Of a stretch of 64,000 bases of DNA, positions 27,201 to 37,384 are shown piece by piece. Under the pieces are notes generated by a model. The model was not told the origin of the DNA. It ran no database searches and saw only the letters and a list, made by a program, of their open reading frames with translations. Position 1 is the first letter of the stretch; the number at the start of each line of letters is the position of its first letter. Origin of the DNA: Candidatus Multivoradales bacterium (GTDB lineage: Bacteria; Acidobacteriota; Thermoanaerobaculia; Multivoradales; J023); contig CBDFLE010000006.1 of the NCBI GenBank assembly GCA_965248925.1, positions 1,952,001-2,016,000 of the forward strand, in the 5' to 3' direction. The translations under genes were made by a program, and so were the position numbers.

Positions 27201-30178
27201 AACGCACCGAGCTACCGATCTCCGCGGTGGACGCGGACAGCCGCATGCTGAGCGACTTGCACCTCAGCTCGATCACCGTCGGGGCACTGGTTTCCGAGGC
27301 CGCGCGGCAGCTCGAGTTGCCGCCGCCAGCGGCTCCCAACGAATACGCCAACGCCACCCTCGGCACCATCGCTCAAGCCTTCGAAGAGCAGCTCAAGAGC
27401 GGCGGCGGCGGGGGCAATACCGATCGCGACACCTTGCCTGCCGGGGTCGACCAGTGGGTCCGGGCGTTCACTGTCGAGCTGCTCGCCCGAGACCTCGAAC
27501 AACGCCCCAGCGAGATGCTCCAGGGCGGGTGGCAAGTGTTTGGCAGCGATCGACATGCACTGCGCGCGACCTTGCCTGAAGTCCTGGCGCAAGCCGCGCC
27601 GGGCGGCGGCATCGTGCTGCTGCTAGCAGTAGGCGATACCGACCGACAGCTCGATTTGATCCTCGAAGCGGCCCGTACCGGGCTCGACCTCGAGCGCTTC
27701 CTGCTGGTCCACCACGGCCACTCGGCGGCCGCAATGGCCCGTACCCTGCATCTCGAATCGCCCTCAACCGCGGTCGGGGTAATCTGTCTACCGGCCTTGC
27801 TCGGCACCGGCGAAGAAGAAGGATGGTGCCACCGGATCGCCGCCGAAGCCAAGGGCCTGAAGGGCTATCGCGAAGCCACCTACGACCTCGATGGGCAACG
27901 CTGGGAACCGCGCCTGCGGACTCTCTCCGAACCGCCCGGGCAGCAGTCCCAAGCCCCGCCCCTCGAAGCCGACGAGGTATTGGTGGTCAGTGGCGGCGGC
28001 AAAGGCATCGGCGCCGAATGTGCCCTCGCCCTGGCCCAAAGTTGGGGCGTGCGCTTGGCGATCCTCGGTCGCTCCGAACCCCAGCAAGACAGCGAACTGG
28101 CGGAGAACCTGCAACGTTTTGCCGCCCAAGGGGTCACCGCGCGCTACTTCGTCGCTGATGTCGGCGATGCCACCGCCGTGGCTCATGCCATCAGCGCCGC
28201 CAGAGCCGAGCTGGGGGAGATTCGCGGCCTGGTGCACAGTGCGGGCGCTAACCGTCCCCAACTACTGGCCAACCTGGGGCGAGCCGATGTCGAGGGTACC
28301 CTGGCGCCCAAAGTGGCCGGCCTCGACAACCTGCTGGCGGCGATCGACTGTGAATCACTCAAGTTGTTGGTCGGCTTCGGCTCGATCATTGCCCGCTCGG
28401 GAATGCCGGGAGAAGCCCACTACGCGCTGGCCAACGAACGCCTGCGGCGGCGACTCGAGGGCTTCGCTGAACTCTTCCCGGAATGCCGCAGCCTATGTGT
28501 TGAATGGTCGGTGTGGTCGGGAGTGGGCATGGGCGAGCGGCTGAGCCAGCTCGAAGCTCTGGCGCGCCAGGGCATCACACCGATTCCCCTCGCCGACGGG
28601 GTCGCCGCGCTGCTGCAGCTGCTCGAACGGCCGACGCCGGTGGCGGTGCTGGTGAGCAGCCGCTTCGGCGAACCGCCAACCCTCGAGATCGAACGACCAG
28701 AGATGCCGCTGCTGCGTTTCCTGGAACGCCGCCGGGTGCATGTCCCGGACGTCGAACTAGTGGTCGATTGTGCAATATCAGAAGACACCGACCCCTACCT
28801 GGCCGACCACATTTTCGACGGCGAGCGCCTGTTCCCAGCGGTGATGGGCTTAGAAGCCATGACTCAGGCTTGGACCGCGCTCACCGGCGGCAGCGGCCCA
28901 CCGCAGATCCGCGACATCCGCTTCGCTCACCCGATCACCGTTGCCAAGGGCAGCACCGCGCAACTGCGATTGGCGGCTTTGACCCGACCCGACGGTGCCA
29001 CCGAAGTAGTGCTGCGCAGCGCAGCGACCGGCTTTGCGGTCGATCACTTCCGCGCCATCTTCGAGCCCGTCGCGGACCCTGCTACCCAGGACGGGGCCGA
29101 CGACGACGTCAATGACCTCTGCGCCGTCGCCATGGCTGAAAGCCAGCTGCTACCCCTCGAACCCCAACGCGACCTCTACGGACCGGTGCTATTTCAACAA
29201 GGGATGTTCCAGCGTCTGCGCGGCTACCGCTGGCTACGTGCTCGCGCTTGCCTAGCCGAGGTCGAAGGCGACCCGCGGGCCCAGTGGTTCTCTACCTACC
29301 TACCGAGCGAGCTGCTGCTGGGCGACCCCGGCGCTCGCGACGCCACCATTCACGCTATCCAAGCCTGCATTCCCCACGCCACCGTACTGCCGGTAGCGCT
29401 CGCCAAGTTGGAACTCGGTGAAGCGCGGCTCGGCGAACGCCGGGTGTTCGGCGCCTGGGAGCGCCAGCGCAACGGAAAAACCCTGATCTACGATTTAGAG
29501 GTGCGCTACGCTGACGGCCGCTTGGCTGAAAGATGGAGGGGGTTGGAACTGCGGGTGGTCGATCAGGCTACTCAAGCTCCGCCCTTGGCAGAGCCGCTCC
29601 TAGGACCCTACTTGGAACGCCGCCTGGGCGATTTGCTGCCCGAGGCAGAGCTTTCAGTGGTGATAAATCGCGACCAGACACCGCAGGCAGAGCGCCGCCA
29701 ACGGAGCGATCAAGCGATCAAGCGCTTGGTCGGGGTGCGGCAGCAGATCTTCCGCCGTCCCGATGGCAAGCCCGAGCTGCCCAGCGGCCATCAGGTATCG
29801 ATTGCCCATGCGGGCGATCTGCTGATGGCGGTCAGCAGCTGTGGCCCGATCGGCTGCGATGTCGAAGCGGTGGCGGAGCGCTCCGAAGAACTGTGGAGTG
29901 ATCTGCTCGGAAAAGGAAGACTCCAACTCTTGCAACTGATGATGCGCAAGTACAGCGAAGATCGCGACCGCGCCGCGACCCGGCTGTGGACGGTGCTCGA
30001 GAGCCTCAAGAAAGCCGGCCGAGCGCCCGACGCGCCGTTGACCCTCGTCGACTCCAGCGAAGACGGCTGGCTGACTTTCGCTTCCGGCCGCCACTGGGCC
30101 GCCAGCGTGGTCATGCCGGCCACAGACGGCGGCCCGGCTACCGCCTTCGCCGTGTTGTCTGAGAGGCCAGAGTGTTGA
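24296..30178 (+). CDS. pksE: Enediyne-type iterative type I polyketide synthase PKSE (KS-AT-ACP-KR-DH-PPTase), copy 2
   Basis: KS DGACASS; AT GHSLG/AFHS; ACP DLHLSSI; KR GGGKGIG and GEAHYALAN; DH YLADHIFDGERLFP; PPTase GCDVE...WTVLESLKKAG. ORF is open from 24236. Confidence 0.92.
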   Translation: MNHSSPAIAIVGLACHYPDARNPRQLWENALSQRRAFRAIPPQRLDLEDYGRLVSDQADGTYVAEAALLDGFEFDRVKFRVSGSTYRSTDLAHWLALDIASRALADAGFANGDRLPRDRVGVLVGNTLTGEFSRAQQMRLRWPYVRRQVAAELAAEGWDEQRSSAFLGRLEQNYKAPFPAPTEDTLAGGLANTIAGRICNHFDLHGGGYTVDGACASSLLATAQACTALANGDLEMALAGGVDLSLDPFELVGFARNGALSPGEMLVFDQRSQGFLPGEGCGFAVLMRHRDALHQGLRVYAVIRGWGISSDGSGGITRPEVDGQVLALQRAYQRAGFGIDTVDLIEGHGTGTAVGDTTELTALNRARRNSTPGEATPHHAAVGSIKANIGHTKAAAGLASLIKASLALDSQVLPPTTGCKLPHTQITGPASTLRTLRQPEPWPLGRPLRCGVSAMGFGGINSHLVLESAEPPRRTSGRRIDSRFGPTPQDCEMLLFAGADSAELKQKVERVKVRVTSLTHAELGDLAAELARRLPADANYRCALIAATPKQLQERLGKLRQALDHPLARGASHLDPEHGLFLGHGGRPPRIGLLFPGQGSPARLGGGLWRQRFASAAEVYAGSDLPSAGDGVDTAIAQPAIATAALAGLEVLDSLGVHATTAIGHSLGELIALQWAGAYDSAALLRLTHARGQAMAELGEATGAMASLGASAADVARLIDRLGVDNLTLAGLNSPRQTVISGPAEQVVNALEQAAKQGWQTTRLAVSHAFHSPLVAAAVPRLEEALAAETWETPRRRVISTITGQVLDPQATLAPLLAAQVTSPVRFVEALQLAAEHCDVFLEVGPGEVLTGLARATVTQPILALDVGGPSLAGLLQASGALWALGASIRPAVLFADRYHRPLDLDHQPALLSNPCEEAPRLGEALARATRPPNPPASDDPDLAPPSLATTVVSSATSPLEVVHQLVCQRTELPISAVDADSRMLSDLHLSSITVGALVSEAARQLELPPPAAPNEYANATLGTIAQAFEEQLKSGGGGGNTDRDTLPAGVDQWVRAFTVELLARDLEQRPSEMLQGGWQVFGSDRHALRATLPEVLAQAAPGGGIVLLLAVGDTDRQLDLILEAARTGLDLERFLLVHHGHSAAAMARTLHLESPSTAVGVICLPALLGTGEEEGWCHRIAAEAKGLKGYREATYDLDGQRWEPRLRTLSEPPGQQSQAPPLEADEVLVVSGGGKGIGAECALALAQSWGVRLAILGRSEPQQDSELAENLQRFAAQGVTARYFVADVGDATAVAHAISAARAELGEIRGLVHSAGANRPQLLANLGRADVEGTLAPKVAGLDNLLAAIDCESLKLLVGFGSIIARSGMPGEAHYALANERLRRRLEGFAELFPECRSLCVEWSVWSGVGMGERLSQLEALARQGITPIPLADGVAALLQLLERPTPVAVLVSSRFGEPPTLEIERPEMPLLRFLERRRVHVPDVELVVDCAISEDTDPYLADHIFDGERLFPAVMGLEAMTQAWTALTGGSGPPQIRDIRFAHPITVAKGSTAQLRLAALTRPDGATEVVLRSAATGFAVDHFRAIFEPVADPATQDGADDDVNDLCAVAMAESQLLPLEPQRDLYGPVLFQQGMFQRLRGYRWLRARACLAEVEGDPRAQWFSTYLPSELLLGDPGARDATIHAIQACIPHATVLPVALAKLELGEARLGERRVFGAWERQRNGKTLIYDLEVRYADGRLAERWRGLELRVVDQATQAPPLAEPLLGPYLERRLGDLLPEAELSVVINRDQTPQAERRQRSDQAIKRLVGVRQQIFRRPDGKPELPSGHQVSIAHAGDLLMAVSSCGPIGCDVEAVAERSEELWSDLLGKGRLQLLQLMMRKYSEDRDRAATRLWTVLESLKKAGRAPDAPLTLVDSSEDGWLTFASGRHWAASVVMPATDGGPATAFAVLSERPEC

Positions 30179-30236
30179 CTGAGAGACCCCAAGCCATCCC
30201 TGGCCAAGTCCACTGAACCGACGCCCAGGAGAATTT

Positions 30237-31196
30237 ATGAGCCGACTGACCCGCCGGCTACTCGGCCTCTCAGAACGCGAGGTGAACTTCGAACATCGCG
30301 GTTTCCGCGGCGGTACCCCTGCCATCCGCGAACACATCGAGACCATCGGCCGCAGCTTTCTCCAGGGCTATCACGCGGCCCTACTCGACCCACGACTCGA
30401 CCGACTAGTGCCCAGGTTGGAAGCTGCGCCCGAGAACCACCGCGGATTCGTCTTCGAGGGCGCGGCCTTGGCCTTGGCCATACTCGATACCCTGGTACCC
30501 GGCCGCCGCAATCGTCTCGGCCGGCTGCTCGCCGACCGCGGCGCCAACCACGTCTACATGGCCCACGTCGGCGCTGGCTGGGCTCTGGCCCGCCTACCCT
30601 TTGGCGGCGCGAGCTTGCTAGCCCGCCTCGACCCCACCCTGCGCTGGCTGGCCTACGACGGTTGGGGTTTTCACCAGGGCTTCTTTGTCTGGCACAAGGC
30701 TGTCGAAGGTCGGCAACAAATACCGCGCCGGGTCGCTAGCGGCTATGCCCGACGGGCTTTCGACCAGGGTCTCGGCCGCAGCTTGTGGTTCCTCGAAGGT
30801 ACCGAAGTAGCACGTATCCCACGGACCATCGCCAGCTTTGCCGACCACCGCCAGAACGATCTTTGGAGCGGTATCGGATTGGCCGCGGCCTACGCTGGCG
30901 GCGTCGACCGGGCGGCACTAGAAACCCTGCGCGCCGCCGCCCGCGGCTGCACCGCCGAGCTAGCCCAGGGAGCCGCCTTCGGCGCCGAAGCCCGCCAGCT
31001 CGCCGGCAATCTCGGCCCACACACTGAACTCGCCTGCCAGGTGCTGTGTGGGCGAGACGCCGCGACCGTGGTCGAAATTACCCGCCAAACCGGTTGCGAC
31101 CTACCGCCGGGATCCGAGGAGTTGCCCGACTACGAAATCTGGCGTCAGCGCCTGCGCCACGCCTTCTCAGACGAGGCCCGCAGCGCGGTGGCCTGA
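30237..31196 (+). CDS. unbL: DUF1702 family enediyne-cluster protein (E3/UnbL), copy 2
   Basis: Same motifs as copy 1 (HVYMAHVGAGWA, WLAYDGWGFHQGFF, DQGLGRSLWF); AGGAG RBS. Confidence 0.88.
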   Translation: MSRLTRRLLGLSEREVNFEHRGFRGGTPAIREHIETIGRSFLQGYHAALLDPRLDRLVPRLEAAPENHRGFVFEGAALALAILDTLVPGRRNRLGRLLADRGANHVYMAHVGAGWALARLPFGGASLLARLDPTLRWLAYDGWGFHQGFFVWHKAVEGRQQIPRRVASGYARRAFDQGLGRSLWFLEGTEVARIPRTIASFADHRQNDLWSGIGLAAAYAGGVDRAALETLRAAARGCTAELAQGAAFGAEARQLAGNLGPHTELACQVLCGRDAATVVEITRQTGCDLPPGSEELPDYEIWRQRLRHAFSDEARSAVA

Positions 31197-31542
31197 GCTT
31201 GCACCGCAGAAGCTTACCGACCGGACAAGCCCAAGCGAACAGCTGTCAAGATTCACCATGTCATAGTGGCAATATGACAGCCTCTGCTGACTGATCTTGC
31301 CCAGCGCTTAAAGTCCTGCCTCTAACACCCCCGAACTTTGCAACCGAGCCGAGAGTTCTGGTAGCGACCTGCGTGTCCAGAACCTGCTGTCGGTACCCGA
31401 ATCCAGAGCATTGAGCGTTTCGGTTGAAATTCAGTGGCAGAAAAACTCCTGCATTCCCGTGGATAGACAAGGAACGGCGACGAGCCCGCAGGGCCGATCT
31501 TGCGCGTTCCTCACTTCTATCTCAACTTCAGGAGAAGCACCC

Positions 31543-33897
31543 ATGAACTTGCAACGCTGTTCAACCAGCAAGAACTCCATCAACCGCACCCCTAGGACAC
31601 TGGGCCGACGGTGGTTATTGGTTTTCTTGCTCCTTTCGAGGGTCGCAATAGCAGCCCCGGCAATGGCTCAGGTCGTACCGCAGCCGCAAAGGGTTATCCC
31701 GCTGCGCATCATCCAGCCCTATGCCTGTGATGTGCTGGCGAATCCCAGCCCAAGATGCAGTTCGATCAAGAGTTTCCAGGCTACCGTCCAGCGCGGCACA
31801 AAGACTTTCGAAGCTGCTGGCATTCGCTTCTGGATCAAATCCATCGAGTACTACGATTTGCCTCTGACACGACTCCACGACACGGTCAACGACTACTCCT
31901 GGGCACAGGTTCGAGGCGAGTTGAGCCAGGTTTTTCCGAACATCCTCCTCAATGCCTACACCCCGAGCGAGACCAAGAGAGGGCATCATTGGATGATAGC
32001 CGCAACGATTTTCTGGGGCGATCCGACCGAGGTGGTGGTCATCCTCCATGAGGAAAAGCCCAACTACAGCTATGGCCAGGGACCGTGGGGTGGCAAGGTA
32101 GTCTACTTACGCTACAACCACGTCGGCGGTTCAGATCCGCTAACCGCATCTACGTTCTTGCCCCATGAACTCGGTCATTTTCACGGCTTGACTCATCTCG
32201 ATGGCGGACCTGGCAACGTTTTCTACAACCCGCAAACAGGCCAGCCGTACAGCAATTGCGATTTCTGAGACCAACTCTATCTGCCGGGCAACCCACCCAC
32301 CTTTTTCCCCAGCCCAACCAGCACCGGATGCAACAACTCGGCTCTGAAGCGAATCGCGCCGAATTTGCTAACCAACTACGCTACTTCTTCCAGCATGCCG
32401 ACTCTGACTATCGGCGGCGCCACCTTCCAGACCTCTGACTGGCAGACTCAGGTCATCGCCGCGCCCACCGGCCTGGCGCATTTGCCCCCCAACCAGTGGG
32501 GCTATTCGCTCAACCTGATGACCGGCTGGAAGAACGCACCGGGTAGCGCTGGTCCCGATGGCCGGGTCCCCCGCCACTTCAGCGAGTCGCAACTCGAGGT
32601 CATCGGCGACTTCCTGCACTTCGAGCACCCATTCATTCAGAAGAACATAGATCTCTTCGAGCGCGCCGATGGCACCCTGCCGGTAGGGGCGTCGCAGTCC
32701 AGTCTGACTTCGAACCGCCCCCTGCTCGGTAAAGCCCAGGACGATTTTCTCTGGTGGTCCAACGGCAAGCTCACCGGTGAGTTCTCCTTCGCCAAGGAAA
32801 CCAAGAATCTCGGTCCCGGCTATCGGCCGGTGGCGGGTGATTTCGATGGCGACGGCGACACGGATATCTTCTGGTATCGAAACGAAGCCGAGCGCTGGGT
32901 CGACAACTTCGGCTACAGCGCCTCCACCGGCTCCTGGCGCATCGACACCCACCCGCGAGTGCTGGCGGACGTCAACGGTGACGGCAAAGACGATGTGGTC
33001 GGCTTTAGTAACTCCGGGGTTTGGGTTGCTCCCTCCACCGGCTCGCGTTTCCTGCCCATGAGCCAATGGGTCAGCGGCTACGGCTACAGCAACGGCTGGC
33101 GACTCAACAAACATCTGCGAGTCTTGGCCGAAGTAGATGGCGACGAACGCATGGTCGTAGTTGGATTCGCCCACTCAGGGGTCTAGGTGTCGCTCTCGAC
33201 CGGGTCCGGCTTCGCCACTTCGACAAAATGGGTGAACCAGTTCGGCTACAACCACAATTGGCGGATCGATCGTCACCCGCGCTACCTGATGGATGTCGAC
33301 GGCGATCAGAAAGCTGACATTGTCGGTTTTGGCAACGCCGGTGTGTGGGTGGCCCTTTCCACCGGTTCGAGCTTTGCCCCTCCACAGATCTGGTTGAACG
33401 ACTTCGGTTATTCGGCCGGCGGCTGGAGAGTCGATAAGAACCCGCGCTTCGTTACCGATGTCGACGGCGACGGCAAGGCCGATATCGTTGGTCTCAGCCC
33501 AGGCGGCGGCCAGAAACTGATGGTCTCGGCATCGACCGGCAGCGCCTTCACCACGCCAAGGGAGTGGGCCGACTTCGTCGACATCTTGGAACCCGCCACC
33601 GTCTCTGAGACCGTGACCATGGCCGACATCAACGGCGACGGCAGGGCCGACGCGGTAGCCTTCGGCGGCTACGAAGGCACCTACTTCGCCCTTTCCACCG
33701 GCACCACCTTCACCACCTTCACCAAGTCTCGGCCGTGGATCAACGAATTCGGTGTCGACGCCGGCTGGAAGGTGAGCCAGCACCTACGCACCCTGGCCGA
33801 TATCGACGGCGACGGCCGCGCCGACATCGTCGGCTTCGGTGGCTCCGGTGTCTGGGTCTGGCAGGCCGATTTCTGCTTCGCTGGGGAGGAGAACTAG
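31543..33897 (+). pseudogene. Secreted metzincin zinc protease fused to FG-GAP/VCBS (PVL-lectin-like) repeats, broken by two in-frame stops
   Basis: Three ORF-track pieces share one frame, joined across TGA 32266-32268 (CDF*DQL) and TAG 33184-33186 (SGV*VSL, versus GVWV in sister repeats). HELGHFHGLTH zinc motif; repeats of GWRxDxHPR..ADVxGDGxADIVGFG. Confidence 0.8.
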
Positions 33898-33985
33898 GAG
33901 GGTATCGAGCACGTTCGGCAAGCGCCCGGAGAAGACTAGATGCCGATCGGCCCGGCTTCTCCTTGCGACCTCCCTTGGTACCACC

Positions 33986-36900
33986 TCAGCCGGCTTCCTC
34001 CACCCGCTGATCGAATCGAATGGGACCCTCGAACCGTTCCCGACCGCCTACAAGAGCCTCTTCAATAGGTTCGTCTTCAATCATATCAACTGCACTCGCC
34101 GCAGAGAGCCGCAACCTGAAGTCGGCCCGGGACAGGCCTCCAGAATAGAACACGGTACCAACATAGGTCGGATCGCTCACCGCGGAAGCCGATGCTACCG
34201 GCTCCCATGGCTGAATCCGTACTCCGTCCGCCAGCCCGACCCTTTCCCCGAGTCGGAGATCCGCAAGGCTGTCGACAATCTGAAAGCGACCGGAATCAGC
34301 GCGAAGGCTACTACAGAAAAACCTCGTATATTCTGACTGGGCCTGGCTGCTCTCGAGTTGAATCACCCCATCTTCGATGAGTGTCGAGACCGTCACACTC
34401 TGACCATCCAGTAGAACTGCCCGGCTCGCGGAGGCGATCACGTCAATGGCTCCAATCTGGCCCCCTTCAGCAACCGTGATCTGGAAAAGAGACCAGGAAC
34501 TGAAACGGAGAGGGCGCTGATCTACTGCAAGAACTCTGACATCTGGCCTCGACCAAGCACGGGCATCGTTGGCCGCCGCGAGTCGTAAATGGCGCTCGGC
34601 CTCGACTTGGCCCAAAGCCTCCCAGGAATCCGGCAGCAAGCGGAGCGGCCGGAGAAACGGAGTCCCGCAATAGTCGCTCATTAGGCGGTCGAAATCGAGA
34701 CTCTCGAGATCAGGGGTCGGCGACTGCCAAAACTCCCTACTGCTCTCGGCTTCGGCCTCTTCCGCCAGCCTCTTCTCCGCTGCGCGCAGGAAGCCTGACC
34801 TCTCGACCGATCTCTCCTCTTCAAACAGGTTCTCTATCCAAGGCTCGAGCAGACCTCGTTCTTCCCTGGCCAAGCGAAGAAGGGCGCGGCGATCGCCCGT
34901 GGTACGATACTCGACCCCGGCAGCAAGCAGCCTCAAAGGCACAGCCAACTCGTCGACATCGCCAGCTCGCTCTTGCCAAGTCGCGTACCAGGTCTTAGCT
35001 ACTTCATCACTGATCTGAGGCCGCCGCAGTACCCTCAAACTATAGACGAGACCTTTGCCGAGTTCGGAGAGGCCATGATGGCGCTGAAATAGTTCCAGCC
35101 AAACCGCAATAAAAGATCTCCAGACGCTCGAATTTGGACTCTTTATTAACGGACCACCTACAAGCCCACCAAGTTCCTTCGTGCTCCAGAAACGCGGCTT
35201 GTACTGCTCCAGAATACGGTTCAACTCCCCTCGCCCCCCCTCCCAGTCGCCAAGATTAAATTGCATTTTCATACGAGCAGTTTCGAACCTCCGCCTAGCT
35301 CTTCCAGCTTCTATGGGCATATTCTTCTCAAGAAGTTCAAGAGCTTCTTGAGACCGCCCCAGATCGTCGAGGGTTATTGCCTGATACAGCAACGCGGGTT
35401 CCCCAGTCTGATCCAACATCGGATCAAGCTCCAGGGCTGCCTCAAATGAGGTCAGCGCCTTCTCAAATTTATCATTAGCTGAATAGGCAGTTCCGAGCTT
35501 AGAGTGAAAAAACGCCTCCTGTGGAAAAAGCTCGACCAAGCGAGAAGTCATTCTCATGATTGGGAGAAACTTCCCTTGCTCTTGCAACACACCCCACAAG
35601 TGATCCCACGTAGAAGTTCGATGAGGATCCAGCTCAAGTGCATTACGAAACGCATCCATCGATTCATCGACCTTTCCCAACTCCCAAAGATCAATTGCCT
35701 TCCAATCCCAGTCGGAGGCCGTGGATGGGTTACCGCTCAGGGCTAGGGCCTTCCTACGATACTCTCTCGCCTCGTTAGCGCGGCCAACTCTGGCCAGACC
35801 TGAACTATAGTTTCGGCAGATTGTTGAATCGGCCGGCTTCAGCTTCAAAGCCTTCTCCGCGGCCTCTAGAGCACGCTCAAAGCGCTCTAGCTCAGTATAG
35901 ATGATATCCTGTCTATTCCAAACTAGTGAGTCTTCTGGATCGATCTCGGCGACACGCTGCCAGCATTTGAGACGCTCGTGGAGATCGCCACCCAGCGCTT
36001 CCAGACATTGCGCCTTCCGTGTCCAATTCTCCTTGAGTTCTGGATTCCGACTAGTAGAATGCTCAGCCGCCACCAGTGCTTGTTCGTAGTTGCCGACTGC
36101 CTGGTAGCTGAAGAACTCATGCAACAGCGAGCTTTGCAGGGGATCTTTCTCGGACATCGCTAGCTGGGCAACCTGCGAGTCCGCAGACTCGGCGTCTGCC
36201 AATCGACCAAGCTCTGCCTGCGAATACCAGACACGAAGAAACTGCACGAAAATCTCTACGTTGCGTCCTTTCTGCTCCTTCACGTCCAGGCAGAGTCGCA
36301 TCAGGGGCTCCCGCATCTCGTAGTAATTCGAGCGTCCCAGAGAATCTACTTGGATGACATAGCCCAGGCCTTTGAGCTTACCGAGCTGCTTGGAAATAGT
36401 CTGAGAACTACTCATAGTCTGGCGAGCGATTTCCGACACATTGGAAGCTCCTCGCAAGCGTCGTAGGACGTCGATGATGCGTCGTTGGAGCGGAGCGAGG
36501 CGACTCATCCGCGCTTGATAGTAAGGCGTAAGTTCGTCCATGAGTTTCATGAATGGCCTTGCTAGGTCATCCAGGGAGTCGCGATTGAGGAAATCATAAA
36601 AGATCACGTATATACGAGGATTACCACCCGCCAGATAGTGTATGGCGCGAAGCCGCGCTTTGCCCATCTGGCTCTGAATGGCGCCGGCGAGTTCACTATC
36701 ATGAACTCGATTTGCCAGACGAACGAGCAATTCTGCGGCTTCATCAACACTGAGAGGGCTAAGCGTATGAATCCTGAAGAACCCGAAGAACGTCTCCTTG
36801 CGTTCTGTCACAGCTTCTACCAGGCTGGTAGCGGTAGCCAGAATCGTCACCGATCTCTGATTCTGAATGAAGGCGCGCAGCTTCTGCTGCCCTTCCGCCT

Positions 36901-37384
36901 TCAAGTCGGTCAGTAGATCGTCCAGATTCTCGGCGACAATGAGTAAAGTCTTATCGCCAATGATTTCCACAAGCAACTGTTCTAGGACAGCTTCTCGCTG
37001 CCGCGACTCGGTGAGATCGAGAGCCCCATCGAGACGCAACTCCAGCTCCGGCAAAGAGTATTCCAGAATCAGCCGGCGTAGGGTTTCCAACAAGAGATCA
37101 GGATAGCCAGCGACATAGAGATCCTCACGTAGCCAAGCGATCCTGAGTCGCTTACTTAAATTCTTTTCGGCGAAGATCCGGTTGTAGATCAGCGAAACAA
37201 AGTGGGTCTTTCCTATCCCACGAGGTCCGATCAGAAGGCGTTGATGTTTGTTGCCAGAGTTCGTACTTTCAGCAATACCCTCCATAACATTCCGAGCAAG
37301 ATCTTCACGAGCAACGAAGAGATACTCCAACGTCTGCGGGTCACTTTCGCTGGGCGTGAAAGTGGAGTGATAGTCGGTGTTCAC
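33986..37384 (-). CDS. P-loop NTPase (STAND-like) + winged HTH + TPR repeats + unknown C-terminal domain
   Basis: Walker A GPRGIGKT; Walker-B-like LIVAENLDDL; GGNPR motif; HTH-like VSEIARQ...ISKQLGKLKGLGYV; several TPR-like units; lower GC; GTGA overlap with the upstream gene. Confidence 0.8.
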   Translation of the reverse strand: MNTDYHSTFTPSESDPQTLEYLFVAREDLARNVMEGIAESTNSGNKHQRLLIGPRGIGKTHFVSLIYNRIFAEKNLSKRLRIAWLREDLYVAGYPDLLLETLRRLILEYSLPELELRLDGALDLTESRQREAVLEQLLVEIIGDKTLLIVAENLDDLLTDLKAEGQQKLRAFIQNQRSVTILATATSLVEAVTERKETFFGFFRIHTLSPLSVDEAAELLVRLANRVHDSELAGAIQSQMGKARLRAIHYLAGGNPRIYVIFYDFLNRDSLDDLARPFMKLMDELTPYYQARMSRLAPLQRRIIDVLRRLRGASNVSEIARQTMSSSQTISKQLGKLKGLGYVIQVDSLGRSNYYEMREPLMRLCLDVKEQKGRNVEIFVQFLRVWYSQAELGRLADAESADSQVAQLAMSEKDPLQSSLLHEFFSYQAVGNYEQALVAAEHSTSRNPELKENWTRKAQCLEALGGDLHERLKCWQRVAEIDPEDSLVWNRQDIIYTELERFERALEAAEKALKLKPADSTICRNYSSGLARVGRANEAREYRRKALALSGNPSTASDWDWKAIDLWELGKVDESMDAFRNALELDPHRTSTWDHLWGVLQEQGKFLPIMRMTSRLVELFPQEAFFHSKLGTAYSANDKFEKALTSFEAALELDPMLDQTGEPALLYQAITLDDLGRSQEALELLEKNMPIEAGRARRRFETARMKMQFNLGDWEGGRGELNRILEQYKPRFWSTKELGGLVGGPLIKSPNSSVWRSFIAVWLELFQRHHGLSELGKGLVYSLRVLRRPQISDEVAKTWYATWQERAGDVDELAVPLRLLAAGVEYRTTGDRRALLRLAREERGLLEPWIENLFEEERSVERSGFLRAAEKRLAEEAEAESSREFWQSPTPDLESLDFDRLMSDYCGTPFLRPLRLLPDSWEALGQVEAERHLRLAAANDARAWSRPDVRVLAVDQRPLRFSSWSLFQITVAEGGQIGAIDVIASASRAVLLDGQSVTVSTLIEDGVIQLESSQAQSEYTRFFCSSLRADSGRFQIVDSLADLRLGERVGLADGVRIQPWEPVASASAVSDPTYVGTVFYSGGLSRADFRLRLSAASAVDMIEDEPIEEALVGGRERFEGPIRFDQRVEEAG

